Shown piece by piece: positions 36,029 through 49,230 of a stretch of DNA of 64,000 bases (position 1 is the first letter of the stretch; each line of letters begins with the position of its first letter). Below the pieces are notes generated by a model. The model worked only from the letters and a program-made list of their open reading frames with translations, was not told the origin of the DNA and did not search any database. The stretch is from Squalus acanthias (lineage: Eukaryota). The stretch is taken from positions 51,090,001-51,154,000 of the forward strand of contig CM059432.1 in the NCBI GenBank assembly GCA_030390025.1. Reading direction: 5' to 3'. A program made the position numbers and the translations under genes.

Positions 36029-36990
36029 AATGTTGCGTTTGAGTGGAATCTGATCAAATATAAAAAAAAGGAAAGGTCAAATTGTAACTTTAATCTTTGG
36101 AAGACTGCATAGCTGCTCACACACATGCACGAATGTGTACATTGCTAGATTATTCAAATAATACTGTAATTTGTAACTGTGCGTTATTTGTGTACTTTTA
36201 TTTGCACTTTATGATAATCAGTCGTGGATTTTTTAATGTACTTATTATGGAAACGTATATAAGCTGCAAAATAATTTAAAAATGAAATTTCAGTGCAAGA
36301 GTGAAAGAAGTTTCTGTGGGCGTGGTTTAGTTTTGACAGATTTTGTGGGCGTATTTCCCTTATGCATAGGCTGTACGCTACGCTCCTGGCCTTCGTGATG
36401 TAATACGCTGCGCACAACTCTGCAGCGCCGAACAGCAAGTCTACGTGTGGGGCCTCGCACAAGTTAAGTTCATATTCTTTTCGGAGGTCGGCGGCGTACT
36501 CCATAGCTACGCCGCCGACCACAATTTTTGGGCCATTATCTCCACTAGTGGATACTCCAGTGTCAAAAACCAGCTGCATTTTCCTCACTGCCAGTATAAG
36601 ACACACAACAGCTTACTGGACTCTCACTCAATGATATAAATTAGGCACACAACTCGTATCAGAAATAAAACTTATAAACAACAAGAACTCTGGCATCTAG
36701 TATTGTTGCTGTTGGTGAAGACCCAAGCAGCATTCAACATGATGAAACATCAAATGTGTCATTGATGCTGACACTTTTATAAAGGGTCAGGTAAGTGACA
36801 GTGAAGAAATCCAAATTTAGGGCAAATTCAAGTTTTTTGTGCAAAAGACTAAAAATTAATGGATTTGGGTCACTTTACGATTAAAATTCAATTTGGCATT
36901 GATCCGTAACACTGGCCTAACATGATAGAAAGTTGAAGGTTATGATGTTAGGACACTTGCTGCTACTATCACCACTATTCAAAACAATAT

Positions 36991-37841
36991 GGCCAGAATT
37001 TTCCACTTAAAAAAAGGGGTGGGTTTGGAGCATGGGGGCAGTTAAAATGTTAAAAATGGGATTCCTGACCTGATCCTGCCTCCAACCCGCCCACGTCCGG
37101 TTTTGCCGGAGGTGGGACGGGGGCAGGCGACCAATCCGCTCCCAGGTCACATTACCTCAATTTGAATATTGTAATGAGGCTGGAAACCTCTTTCTCCCCC
37201 GTCCATTTTGTTTTTAACTGCCTGTGGACGGAATTCACACAATTTGTGAAATCCGGCATTTAAACCAAGGCGGGGACTGCTGCATCCAGGAGATAAGTGG
37301 CTTTATACCTACCTCCTGGATCCAGGGTCCCGACCTTACCCACCTCCTGTGATCGGAGACCCCCCATAGGGCCTTTGATCACACCCCCCCCCAGGCCTCC
37401 CCCTACCCCAGGCCTCCCCCACTGCACCACCCCCAGACCTCCCCCTCCAAATGATGATGATGAGGCCAGCCACGAATCTCTGGTGGCCGGCCCCAATCCT
37501 CTCTATCCCCCTTCCGATCCCCGGCCAACCTCCCCCGCCCCCAATGATCCCCGATCCCGGCCGATCTTCTCCCCCCACCCCCGATCCCCGAACACGGCCG
37601 ATTGCCAACCCCCTCTCCTGCGATCCCTCCCTTGGGCTGGGCCCTCGCTTCTGAGGCCTACCCGCCCGCAACCAGCCAGCCTCTCAATCTGGCTGGCTGT
37701 GGGCGGGAATCCGAGGCCTCGCCTTCAAATCAGGCCCTGCCGTTAAAGTCGGCAGGGCATGCGGGAAACCCGGCCCCCCAGGTTTCCTGCTGCCTGGAGG
37801 CTCCCCGCCGCCAACCCGCCTCCCTTCAGAAAATGCTGCCC
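36991..37841. mobile_element. Harbinger-type MITE with a C-rich core
   Basis: Ends GGCCAGAATTTTC and GAAAATGCTGCCC; TAT TSD. Confidence 0.8.
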
Positions 37842-38700
37842 TATGACTTTTTCTCCCCTTTTAGGTACATTTCACATCATTTATCATTCTCCAACTCGAA
37901 CAGTAAATAGGCTATCCTATCGTTTCTCTGGAACTGGTTGCACTGAGGTGTACAAGAGTACCAAGGGTTGGCTGCTTCTCTCTGAGGGAATTGTATTACT
38001 CTCACTCATTAGAATGAACACATTAATCTTTCTCTTGTACTTCACCCTCACATCTGAAAAAAACTGCTTGCTGGAAGACCAAGTGACACATTGGCTCCGA
38101 TATTAACTGGGAGATGTGCTGGGAGTGGAGGGATCCGATATCGTGTAGGAAACTGGAAATTTATTCATCACATCTGTCATTGGCTTTTTAACTCAGCCAC
38201 CTCATTATGATTTTACTTCCGGGTTTTCTGTCCAATCAGTGACAGCGGGCATGTTGACGCAATCTCAACTGCAGTATTTAAAGGGCCAATCCAAAGATGC
38301 AATTTAGAGGAGTTGGAGTTGAGAAGGAGAGAGGAGCAGCTTCAACAATGGATTCAAAATGTTCAAAGGCTGTGCCCGGTTCACTGAGGCCTCCCTTGAT
38401 GTGCTGATGGGGGCTGTGAGGAGTCGGAGGGAGGAGAACACCTGTGGCAGAAACAAAAAAGGCGTGGTTGGAGGTTGCCTTGGAGGTGAGCAGAAGGAGT
38501 TTTTTTTTATTCGTTCATGGGATATGGGCATCGCTGGCAAGGCCAGCATTTATTGCCCATCCCTAATTGCCCTTGAGAAGGTGGTGGTGAGCCGCCTTCT
38601 TGAATCGCTGCAGTCCGAGTGGTGAAGGTACTCCCACAGTGCTGTTAGGGAGGGAGTTCCAGGATTTTGACGATGAAGGGAAGGCAATATACTTCCAAGT

Positions 38701-41177
38701 ACTTTAATCTACATATAGACTGGCCAAACCAAATTAGCAATAATACTGTGGAGGATGAATTGCTGGAGTATGTACAAGATGGTTTTTTAGACCAGTACAT
38801 TGAGGAGCCAACTAGGGAACAGGCTATCCTAGATTGAGTATTGTGCAATGAGAAGGGGTTAATTAATAATCTTGTTGTGCGGGGTCCTTTAGGGAAGAGT
38901 GACCATAACATGATAGAATTCTTCATTAAGATGGAAAGTGAAGAAGTCCAATCCGAAACTAGGGTCCTAAATCTAAACAAAGGAAACTACGAAGGTATGA
39001 GGAGTGAGTTGGCTATGATAGATTGCAGAACTTCATTAAAAGGCATGACGGTGGATAGGCAATGGCTAACATTTGAGGAACGAATGCATGAATTGCAACA
39101 GTTATACATTCCTTTCTGGCGCAAAAAACACAAAAGGAAAAGCGGCCCAAAAAATGACTAACAAAAGAAATGAAGGATAGTATTAGATCCAAAGAGGAGT
39201 CATATAAAGTTGCCAGAAAAAGTAGCAAGCCTGAGGATTGGGAGCAGTTTAGAGTTCAGCAAAAAAGGACCAAGAGATTGATTAAGAGGGGAAAAATAGA
39301 GTATGAGAGTAAACTTGCAAGGCACATAAAAATGGATTGTAAAAGCTTCTACAAGTATGTAAAAAGAAAAAGATTAGTGAAAACAAATGTAGGTCCCTAG
39401 CAGTAAGAAACGGGAGAATTTATAATGGGGAACAAGGAAATGGCTTAGCAATCAAACAAATACTTCGGTTCTGTCTTCATGGAAGAGGACACAAATAACT
39501 TCCCAGAAATGCTAGGGAACCAAGGGTCTAGTGAGAAGGAGGCATTAAAGAAGATTAGTATTAGTAAAAAAATAGTGCTGGAGAAATTAATGGGACTGAA
39601 AGCTGATAAATCCCCAGGGCCTGATAATCTGCATCCCAGAGTACTAAAAGAGGTAGCCATGGAAATAGTGGATGCATTGGTTGTCATCTTCCAAAATTCT
39701 ATAGATTATGGAACAGTTCCTGCAGATTGGAGGGTGGCAAATGTAACCCCACTATTTAAAAAAGGAGGGAGAGAGAAAACAGGGAACTACAGACCGGTTA
39801 GCCTAACATCAGTAGTAGGGAAAATGCTAGAGTCTATTATAAAGAATGTGATAACAGAACACTTAGAAAATATCAACGGGATTAGACAAAGTCAACATGG
39901 ATTTATGAAAGGAAAATTGTGTTTGACAAACCTACTGGAGTTTTTTGAGGATGTAACTGGTAGAATAGATAAGGGAGAACCAGTGGATGTGGTGTGTTTG
40001 GATTTTCAGAAGGCCTTTGATAAAGTTCCACGTAAGAGGTTAGTGTGCAAAATTAAAGCACATGGGATTGGGGGTAATATACTGGCACGGATTGAAAATT
40101 AGTTAACAGACAGGAAACAGAGAGTAGGAATAAATGGGTCTTTTTCGGGGTGGCAGGCGGTGACTAGTGCGGTACCGCAGGGATCAGTGCTTGGGCCCCA
40201 GCCATTCACAATATATATCAATGATTTGGATGAGGAAACCAAATGTAATATTTCCAAGTTTGCTGATGACTTAAAACTAGGTGGGATTGTGAGTTGTGAG
40301 GAGGATGCAAAGAGGCTTCAAGACGATTTAGGCAAGTTGAGTGAGTGGGCAAATACATGGCAGATGCAGTATAACGTGGATAAATGTGAAGTTATCCACT
40401 TCGGTAGGAAAAACAGAAAGGCAGAGTATTATTTACATGGTGATAGATTGGGAAATGTTGATGTACAGAGGGACCTGGGTGTGCTTGTACACCAGTCACT
40501 GAAAGCAAACATGCAGGTGCAGCAAGCAGTTAGGAAGGCAAATGGTATGTTGGCCTTCATTGCAAGAGGATTTGAGTACAGGAGCAAGGATGTCTTACTA
40601 CAGTTATACAGGGCCTTGGTGAGACCACACCTGGAGTACTGTGCGCAGTTTTGGTCTCCTTACCTAAGAAAGGATATACTTGCCTTAGAGGGAGTGCAGC
40701 GAAGGTTCACCAGACTGATTCCTGGGATGGCAGGACTGTCGTATGAGGAGAGATTGGGTCGATTAGGCCTGTATTCACTAGAGTTTAGAAGAATGAGAGG
40801 GGATCTCATTGAAATGTATAAAATTCTGACAGGGCTAGACAAACTGGATGCAGGGAGGATGTTTCCTCTGGCTTGGGGGTCTAGAACGAGGGGTCACAAT
40901 CTCAGGATACGGGGTAGGACATTTAGGACTGAGATGAGGAGAAATTTCTTCACTCAGATGGTGGTGAACCTGTGGAATTCTCTACCACAGAAGGCTGTGG
41001 AGGCCAAGTCACTGAATATATTGAAGAGGGATTTAGATAGATTTCTAGACACAAAAGGTATCAAGGGTATGGGGAGAGAGTGGGAATATGGTATTTAGAT
41101 AGAGGATCAGCCATGATCATATTGAATGGCGGAGCAGGCTCAAAGGGCCGAATGGCCTACTCCTGCTTCTATTTTCT
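38701..41177 (+). mobile_element. CR1 LINE (endonuclease end through RT to 3' UTR), nested
   Basis: ORFs 38841-41098 with canonical CR1 motifs; AAGT on both flanks. Confidence 0.95.
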
Positions 41178-41521
41178 AAGTCAAGATGGTGTGTGACTTG
41201 GAGAGGAACTTGGAGGTGGTGGTGCTCCCGTGCACCTGCTGCACTTGTCCTTCTAGGTGGTAGAGGTCGCGGGTTTGGTAGGTGCTGCTGAAGAACCTTG
41301 GCGACTTGCTGCAGTGCATCTTGCAGATGGTACACACTGCAGCCACAGTACTCCGGTGGTGGAGGGAGTGAATGTTTAAGGTGGTGGATGTGGTGCCAAT
41401 CAAGTGGGCTGCTTTGTCCTGGATGGTGTCAAGCTTCTTGAGTTTTGTTGGAGCTGCACTCATCCAGGCAAGTGGAGAGTATTCACACTCCTTATTTGTG
41501 CCTTGTAGATGGTGGAAAGGC

Positions 41522-42303
41522 TTTCCACAAGGACTTTCGTTGATCAGACAAAAATCCAAGCGAAAATTCAAGCGCCTGCCTTATGCACAATAGACCTGGT
41601 TTCAGTTAATACTCACATTCCCTTCGTGGTCACCAATTTGTTGCTTTTAAAAGCTCTTTAGAATAATTTGTCCGTGACTACACAAACCACTCCGGGTACA
41701 GCTATATTGTGTATAAGTAAAACAGGTTTATTAAGTATTAAACATCCTGTACAAAGAAGTAATACTTAACAAGAAGATAGTTGCAGTCTGTTCATCAAAC
41801 CCTGGCGTTCCTTCTGAGTGACTGTGGCGTGGTCTCTTTAATTCTCTTGCTGTGTTCTGTTGACTGAAGTTTCTTCTTCCTATGGCTTCGTGCTGCTTTC
41901 GGTGTTCAATATCTGTATTTTTATACCCTTTTTCTCCCTTTTGCCTACGTAGCAGTTAATAAGCAAGCTATCCTTATCTGAGAACAACCTTCACACTAAG
42001 TTCTCACAGATGTCTTTTTGCTTTTTAATCAGCTCATTGTTTACCGATTCTGCATTTTTGAGAAGACAGGGAGTGGTGACTGTCTCCAGCCCCCTATCTT
42101 CTTTTGCAATGTTGCTGAATTTCTTGTTCCCCACTACCTCCTTGTTTACTTAACAGACCATTTTACAGAATTACATCAAGTGGGCATAATTTCCCATCAT
42201 GCTTTGCTTCTCAGCCATTAGCCATTTTATACAGGCTTTTTAGGTTTTTAACATACAATTTCACATCTTACAGTTATTTAACAATGGTTAGAAAATCTTC
42301 ACA
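41522..42303 (-). mobile_element. Endogenous retrovirus 5' LTR (41639-42303) with PBS (41618-41635) and short leader
   Basis: On the minus strand: TG...CA ends, TATAAAA, AATAAA, then TGGTGACCACGAAGGGAA 3 nt after the LTR, followed by a GTGAGT donor. Confidence 0.75.
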
Positions 42304-44467
42304 ATATTTACTAAATCCTACAGGTAGATTCTATCCTACAGATATGCCATTGAATGTCAAGGGGCAGTGGTTAGACTCTCTCTTGTTGGAGATAGTCATT
42401 GCCTGGCACTTGTGTGGCGTGAATGTTACCTGCCACTTATCAGCCCAAGTCTGAATGTCGTCAAGGCCTTGTTGCATGCGGGCATGGACTGTTTCATTAT
42501 CTGAGGAGTTATGAATGGCACTGAATACTGTGTAGTCATCAGCGAACATCCCCATTTTTGATCTTATGATGGAAGGAAGGTCATTGATGAAGCAGCTGAA
42601 GATGGTTGGGCCTAGGACACTGCCCTGAGGAACTCCTGCAGCGATGTCCTGGGGCTGTGATGATTGACCACCAACCACCACAACCATCTTCCTTTATGTT
42701 AGGTATGACTCCAACCAGTGGAGAGTTTCCCCCCCCGATTCCCATTGACTTCAGTTTTACTAGGGCTCCTTGATGCCACACTCGGTCAAATGCTGCCTTG
42801 ATGTCAAGGGCAGTCACTCTCACCTCCCCTCTGGAATTCAGCTCCTTTACCCATGTTTGGACCAAGGCTGTAATGAGGTCTGGAGCCGAGTGGTCCTGGC
42901 GGAACCCAAACTGGGCATCAGTGAGCAGGTTATTAGTGAATAAGTGCCGCTTCATAGCATGGTCGATGACACCTTCCATCACTTTGCTGATGATTGAGAG
43001 TAGACTGATGGGGCAGTAATTTGCTGGATTGGATTTGTCCTGCTTTTTGTGGACAGGACATACCTGGGCAGTTTTCCACATCGTCGGATAGATGCCAGTG
43101 TTGTAGCTGTACTGTAGAGGTGCGGCTAGTTCTGGAGCACAAGTCTTCAGCACGACAGCTAGGATGTCGTTGGGGCCCACAGCCTTTGCTGTATCCAGTG
43201 CACTCAGCCGTTTCTTGATATCACGTGGAGTAAATTGAATTGGCTGAAGACTGGCTTCTGTGATGGTGGGGACCTCAGGAGGAGGCCGAGATGGATCATC
43301 CACTCGGCACTTCTGGCTGAAGATGGTTGCAAATGCTTCAGCCTTGTCTTTTGCATTCACGTGTTGGGCTCCACCATCATTGAGGATGGAGATATTCATG
43401 GAGCCTCCTCCTCCCGTTAGTTGTTTAATGGTCCACTACCATTCACGACTGGATGTGGCAGGACTACAGAGCTTTGATCTGATCCGTTGATTGTCAGATC
43501 GCTTATCCCTGTCTATAGCATGATGCTTCTGCTTTTTAGCATGCATGTAGTCCTGTGTTGCAGCTTCCCCAGGTTGGCACCTCATTTTTAGGTATGCCTG
43601 GTGCTGCTCCTGGCATGCTCTTCTACACTCCTTATTGAACCAGGGTTGGTCACCTGGCTTGATGGTAATGGTAGAGTGAGGGATATGCCGGTCCATGAGG
43701 TTACAGATTGTGGTGGAATACAATTCTGCTGCTGCTGATGGTCCACAGCGCCTCATGGATGCCCAGTTTTGAGCTGCTAGATTTGTTCTGAATCTGTCCC
43801 ATTTAGCATGGTGGTAGTGCCACACAACACGATGGAGGGTGTCCTCAGTGTGAAGATGGGACTTCGTCTCCACAAATACTGTGCGGTGGTCACTGCTACC
43901 AATGCTGTCATGGACAGATGCATCTGCGACAGGTAGATTGGTGAGGATGAGGTCAAGTAGGTTTTTCCCTCGTGTTGGTTCTCTCACCACCTGTCACAGG
44001 CTCAGACTGGCAGCTATGTCCTTCAGGACTCGGCCAGCTCGGTCATTAGTGGTGCTTCCGAGCCACTCTTGGTGATGGACATTGAAGTCCCCCACCCAGA
44101 GTACGTTCTGTGCCCTTGCTACTCTCAGTGCTTCTTCCAAGTGGTGTTCAACATGGCGAAGTACTGATTCATCAGCTGAGGAAGGGCGGTCAGTGGTAAT
44201 CAGCAGGAGGTTTCCTTGCCCATGCTTGACTTGAAGCCATGAGACTTCATGGGGTCCGGAGTCAATGTTGAGGACTCCCAGAGCCACTCCTTCCCGACTG
44301 GAAGGAGTGTAGTGCCATGCCACTGGATGTAGTGTAGGAAGTGGTTTAATGACCTAACCAGGTCAGGAAAGGTGAGTACAGTTGCACATTCATCTACATC
44401 CTGATGTGCATATTACCCCAAACCCCTCACTCTGTCTTCTCAAGCATACTCTATCACATCACTCCCA

Positions 44468-44540
44468 ACAACAACAACAACAACAACTTATATTTATAAA
44501 GCACCATTAACTTAATAAAACGTCTCAAGGCGCTTCACAG
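44468..44540 (-). mobile_element. L2-type SINE tail in intron 1 of the Harbinger E Myb gene
   Basis: (CAA)n followed by CTTATATTTATAAAGCACC. Confidence 0.65.
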
Positions 44541-45934
44541 GAGAGTTATCAAAGAAAACCATCCACTTACCTTGCAGGTGCACCCATCCTTCTCTGTCTA
44601 TGCACGTCCTCACATCCCCTTCTATCCAAACATCACTGCCACTCACCCTCATCCTTTAGCAATTTCATGCTTCTCCCCGATACCCTCACCAAATGCACTC
44701 CATCCATCGCTGAACACATGCCTTTAAACTCACTCATAGGTCTGTTCTTTCCCTCGTTGCAGGAGAAGAGCACACAGAACATGACGGAAAGAGAGAGAAC
44801 TGGAGGTGGTCCTCCGAACATCTCGCAACTGACAAGCACAAAGGAGGAGGCGCTGGAAATCAGTGGAGTTTCGGCATCCCTGGTCGTCAGCAATGGGGAG
44901 ACGGGGAGCTCCCAGCTATCTAGTGACACAATTAAATATTAGCAACCTACATGTCAGACAACACTCAGACATGTTGACTTAATTTCAACAGCAAGTGAAA
45001 TATGATCATCTTCATAATGATAACTTGCAACATATTCTTACCTTGCCAGGACTAATTCATGTCTTTTATCTCCGACTGGGACTTCATTTGTGCAGCAGAA
45101 GTTGGTGGAAATCGCTGCCACCGATTCCTTAGAGGAGCTGAATCCTTCTGAGGGTGCACCGTCACAGGCCTCGTGCATACCATGCACCAGCTCAGATACT
45201 TTGGTGGGACCACATAGGCAGGGTTTTTCCCCTGGTGACTCACACTTCACAAGTGAGCAAGAGCAGATGGTGGTGGTGGGGACAGCAGTGGAGAGTCTGT
45301 GTTGGAGGAAGCAGCTCTCTCCAAGCTCTGCTTAGCTGGACATGGATGTTGTACCCCGGGGGTTGTTGATGAAAAGGAGAATCATTGAGCAGCAGCAGAC
45401 AATGTGCGATGCACTGACAGGCCTTCCAAGCACACTGACTGTGACTGCAGAGAGAATGGAAGAGTCTGCCTCAAACATGAGTGGGTTGATGTCGCAGGGC
45501 ATTGTGACGATGTCTTCTTGCATGGATAGAGTGGCCAACTCCGTGGAACATTAAATGTGGCTGTCAACTGAGTCCATGCAGCCCGTGACTATGGCCGTGC
45601 AGACTCTGGATGACAACACCTTAACTAGGATGACAGATACCTTAGCCTTGACCTTACAATGCTGCCTTGATCTGCACCAAAGTGCTCACCACCACAGTGA
45701 TAGCAGTGAAAAGTGGCTGGCCATGAGAGGGATGATGGCGAAAGGGGACATGGAAGTGGGGACTCCACTCAAAAGTGCTTCCACTTCTCATCCATTATGC
45801 CTCCCTCAGTCAGTAGCCCACATTTTGCCTCGACTCCCGATGTCCAAGTTCGCCCCTGCATGGGTGCAGGTGGAGTAGTCTTTTGCGGGCCCCTCACAGG
45901 CTCCAAAACCCAGAGGATTTCGGACAAGAGCATC

Positions 45935-47459
45935 TCAGCAGTCAGAGCTTGGACTGCCGCAGGCCAAAAGCATCATGGCAGCTGCCTGGGAATCTTGCGC
46001 AAACCTGCAGAAATATCTTTATGTGGATGCGCACCAGCTGCATATTGACGGAGTGGAAGCCCTTGCCTTTTACGAATACTCCTGGGTGATTTGGGGGTGC
46101 CCGGATTTTCACGTGTGTATAGTCGGTGATGTCCTGCACCTGTGGGAAGCCAGCCAGATATGCAAACCTGAGTGCCCACTCATTCTGATTGGTGTCATCG
46201 CTGGCGAAGTTGACTTAATTGCTTGCCCTGGCAAACAAGCCATCAGTCACATGTCTTAGGTATTTGTGGGCCGCCGACTGGAAGATCCTGGATGTGTCTC
46301 TGGCAGAACCCTGGAAGGATCTGTAGGCAAAAATGTTGAAGGTGGTGGTCACTTTCACAGCCACTGGTAATGCATGGCCACCAGGTCCAGCAGGGAGCAG
46401 GCCTTCTTCTAGGAGGCTGCAGATATCTGCCACCACCTGACGTGACAACCTGAGCCTCCTGAGCTGTTCAGATATGTCAAGGAAACTGAGTCTCTGCCTG
46501 TAGACTCTGTTTTGTGCGTAGTGCCTCCTGTGCGCTGCACCCCTCTGCAGCTCCCCTCTCTGCTTGTCTCCTCTCTGCTACTCCCGATTCTGCTGGTCTC
46601 CTCTCTGCTATTCCCCTCTCTGCTGGTCTCCTCTCTGCTGGTCTCCTCTCTGCTGGTCTCTATTCTGCTGGTCTCCTTTCTGCAGCTACCCTCTCTGCTG
46701 GTCTCCACTCTGCTGGTCTCCACTCTGCTGCTCTCCTCTCTGCTGCTCTCCTCTCTGCTGGTCTCCTCTCTGCTAGTCTCCTCTCTGCTGGTCTCCTCTC
46801 TGCTGCTCCCCTCTCTGCTGGTCTCCTCTCTGCTGGTCTCCTCTCTGCTGGTCTCCTCTCTGCTGCTCTCCCCTCTGCTGCTCTCCTCTCTGCTGGTCTC
46901 CTCTCTGCTGGTCTCCTCTCTGCTGCTCCCCTCTCTGCTGGTCTCCTCTCTGCTGGTCTCCTCTCTGCTGGTCTCCTCTCTGCTGGTCTCCACTCTGCTG
47001 GTCACCTCTGCTACTCCCCTCTGCTGGTCTCCTCTCTGCTGGTCTCCTCTCTGCTGCTCCCCTCTCTGCTGGTCTCCACTCTGCTGGTCTCCTCTCTGTT
47101 GGTCTCTTGTCTGCTGGTTTCCTCTCTGCTGCTCCCCTTTCTGCTGGTCTCCTCTTTACTGGTCTCCTCTCTGCTGGTCTCCTCTCTGTTGGTCTCTTGT
47201 CTGCTGGTCTCCTCTCTGTTGCTCCCCTTTCTGCTGGTCTCCTCTCTGCTGGTCTCTTCTCTGCTGGTCTCCTCTCTGTTGCTCCCCTTTCTGCTGGTCT
47301 CCTTCTGCTGCTCCCCTCTCAGCTGTTCCCCTCGCTCCAGCTCCCCCTCTGCTGCTGCCCTTTCTGCTGTCCAGCTAAAGGTCTCTGAACAGCAGGCTGG
47401 TGCTGGTGCTGGTGGTGGTCATATTGGTCCTCATCCGAGGTCCAATCTAAGGCAGCCAT
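45935..47459 (-). pseudogene. HARBI1-type DDE transposase, N-terminal and central part, disrupted
   Basis: RVYRQRLSFLD..LRLSRQVVADIC, HALPVAVKVT, ITDYTHV, KGFHSVNMQLV, RFPGSCHDAF; truncated against the Myb 3' end. Confidence 0.9.
46540..47370. repeat. 15-bp minisatellite (CTGGTCTCCTCTCTG)n, roughly 50 or more units
   Basis: Seen directly; explains the SREET, LLVSS and SPLCW ORFs. Confidence 0.97.
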
Positions 47460-49230
47460 AGCACCACCTATCTTGATGTGATAGAACAAACATCCAAAGT
47501 GTAGAAAGTAAACTTTCAGCAAAACTATAGTGAATAAACCCTTTCTCACTAGCAGGCAAGAAAGCAGCTGTGAGTACTGAGTAGTTATTGCCATATTTCC
47601 ATGAGATTGATTGAACCCCTCAATTGCCGCTGTGCTCTTGTCTTGCTTTCACTGCCGAGTTTCAGGAAGCCCGGGAAACCCGTGGACCCGATGTTAAACT
47701 CAAAAATGTGTTTAAATATCACTCTAATTGAGCGATTAACATATGTTAATTGGTAATCCGTCTCTCCTGAGGGGTTTGTGCGCACACTGCCTAATGCACT
47801 TGAGTGAAATGCGGAAGTCCGTGGGTTGGATCCGCTTTCCTGGCGCTGGTTGTCAATTTCACCTGCTTTAACCCCTCCCCACCCGCATCCAAACCCACGC
47901 GCTCCACCATGTTAAAATTCCACTCATTGTCTTTATAAACTCTCTTTTTGTTCTTGGACCTGAGTTTAAACCTAACCCAGACTGATGAGATGTAAGTCTT
48001 CTGTCCCTGCTGGCTGTAAAGATCCTATGAATTTGGACAGGCTTTTTCCAGTTCCTACTGGGTATGAGCCATAGCATAAAATTGATCTTAATTTGGCAAT
48101 AACTGGTGATCAAGAGACTACAAAAATGACTGTTGTAAGAAATTCACGCTAGTGCTCAATCGGTAGATCATGTGCGCTGAGGTCAGAACTAAAGCAAATT
48201 GTTGGAGCTAAGTAGAAGGTGATTTACTTTTCACCTAATCCATGCTGTATGTGACTTTAGACTGCTGTTTTCCTTCCTTTTTCCACCAATTCTGTCCTCT
48301 CACCTTCTCCTTTCCTCAAGGTGTTGCTGCTTTGCTTGGATATGGACCAATGAACGCCTGTCATTCTCTAGTACCTCATCTAACTCACCTAATTTCTTCA
48401 CGTGCAAGTCAGGAAGTGAGTGCTAGCAAGCTATTTGATTACAGGGGAAGGGGAGGAGATTGGAAAGGTATTAAACTTGAGACCAATCCAGTCCTCACCT
48501 GACATATACACACACACGGGCGCACACGCACACGTGCCTACATGTACATGCACACTTCTACCAGGGGCCACTGGATAGTACTTAGCCATGTGAATCCTTA
48601 ATGACTTTCCCCTCCGTAATCCAGGGTGCTTAGGTCGACCAACTGAACCACTTGTAGGAGCTGTGACTCAGGACTGTCTTGATGCTGACAATGGATGACT
48701 GCAATTGGTTAGTGTTCCATTCCCAAAAGTCAAACGCCTCACAAAAAGGAAAAATATTGTTTGCCGCACAACTGTGACCATTCATCATGTCACTTGGTCA
48801 ATAAAGAGTGGAAATGAGCATTTGTACAGGTTTCAGTAAACCATGCAAGTTTGATTAATTTCACATTCCAACTGGAATAAATAGAAATTGGAGTCTTGTA
48901 ACAGTGCATCAAAAGCACAATTCAATGATTTATTTTGCTATTTTTTTTTATTAGAACAATCTTATTAATCACATCCTTACTGAAATTATTTAAAACTGAC
49001 ACAATTAAGACTTTTTTAATGCCCCATGAATATGTACTTGCATTAACATATGTACATTGTAATATTCCTATCTCATGAAGAGTGACATCTACAATAGGAA
49101 TAGCATCCAAACTATGGTCATGGGCTAGTTCCTTTCTTTGAGCCTTGGATGAAGGGACCGAGTGTATTGTAGCCAAATTTGCTGATGATACAAAGATAGG
49201 TGGGTTAGCAAGTTGTGAGGAGGACACAAA

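Larger units (their letters stand above)
38500..44300 (-). mobile_element. Poly(A)-tailed CR1/L2-group LINE of a second lineage
   Basis: GAAGGAGT direct repeat on both sides; endonuclease (VGDFN, SDH) and RT (DIKAAFD, GVPQGSVLGP, FADD) ORFs; 3' end reads CCCATGAACGAATAAAAAAAAA on the minus strand. Confidence 0.9.
38093..47925 (+). mobile_element. Harbinger E (divergent family) with nested insertions
   Basis: ATT TSD; imperfect TIRs ending TTAAC; Myb exon 1 ~38348-38499 resuming ~44309-44371, exon 2 44763-44922, exon 3 ~45078-45930; nuclease on the minus strand. Confidence 0.85.

Noticed and set aside
36700..36790. Plus-strand exon candidate ending CAG|GTAAGT
   Set aside because: Weak acceptor and stops in all frames.
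46409..47461. Long SREET, LLVSS and SAGLL ORFs as novel proteins
   Set aside because: They are reading frames of a 15-bp minisatellite.
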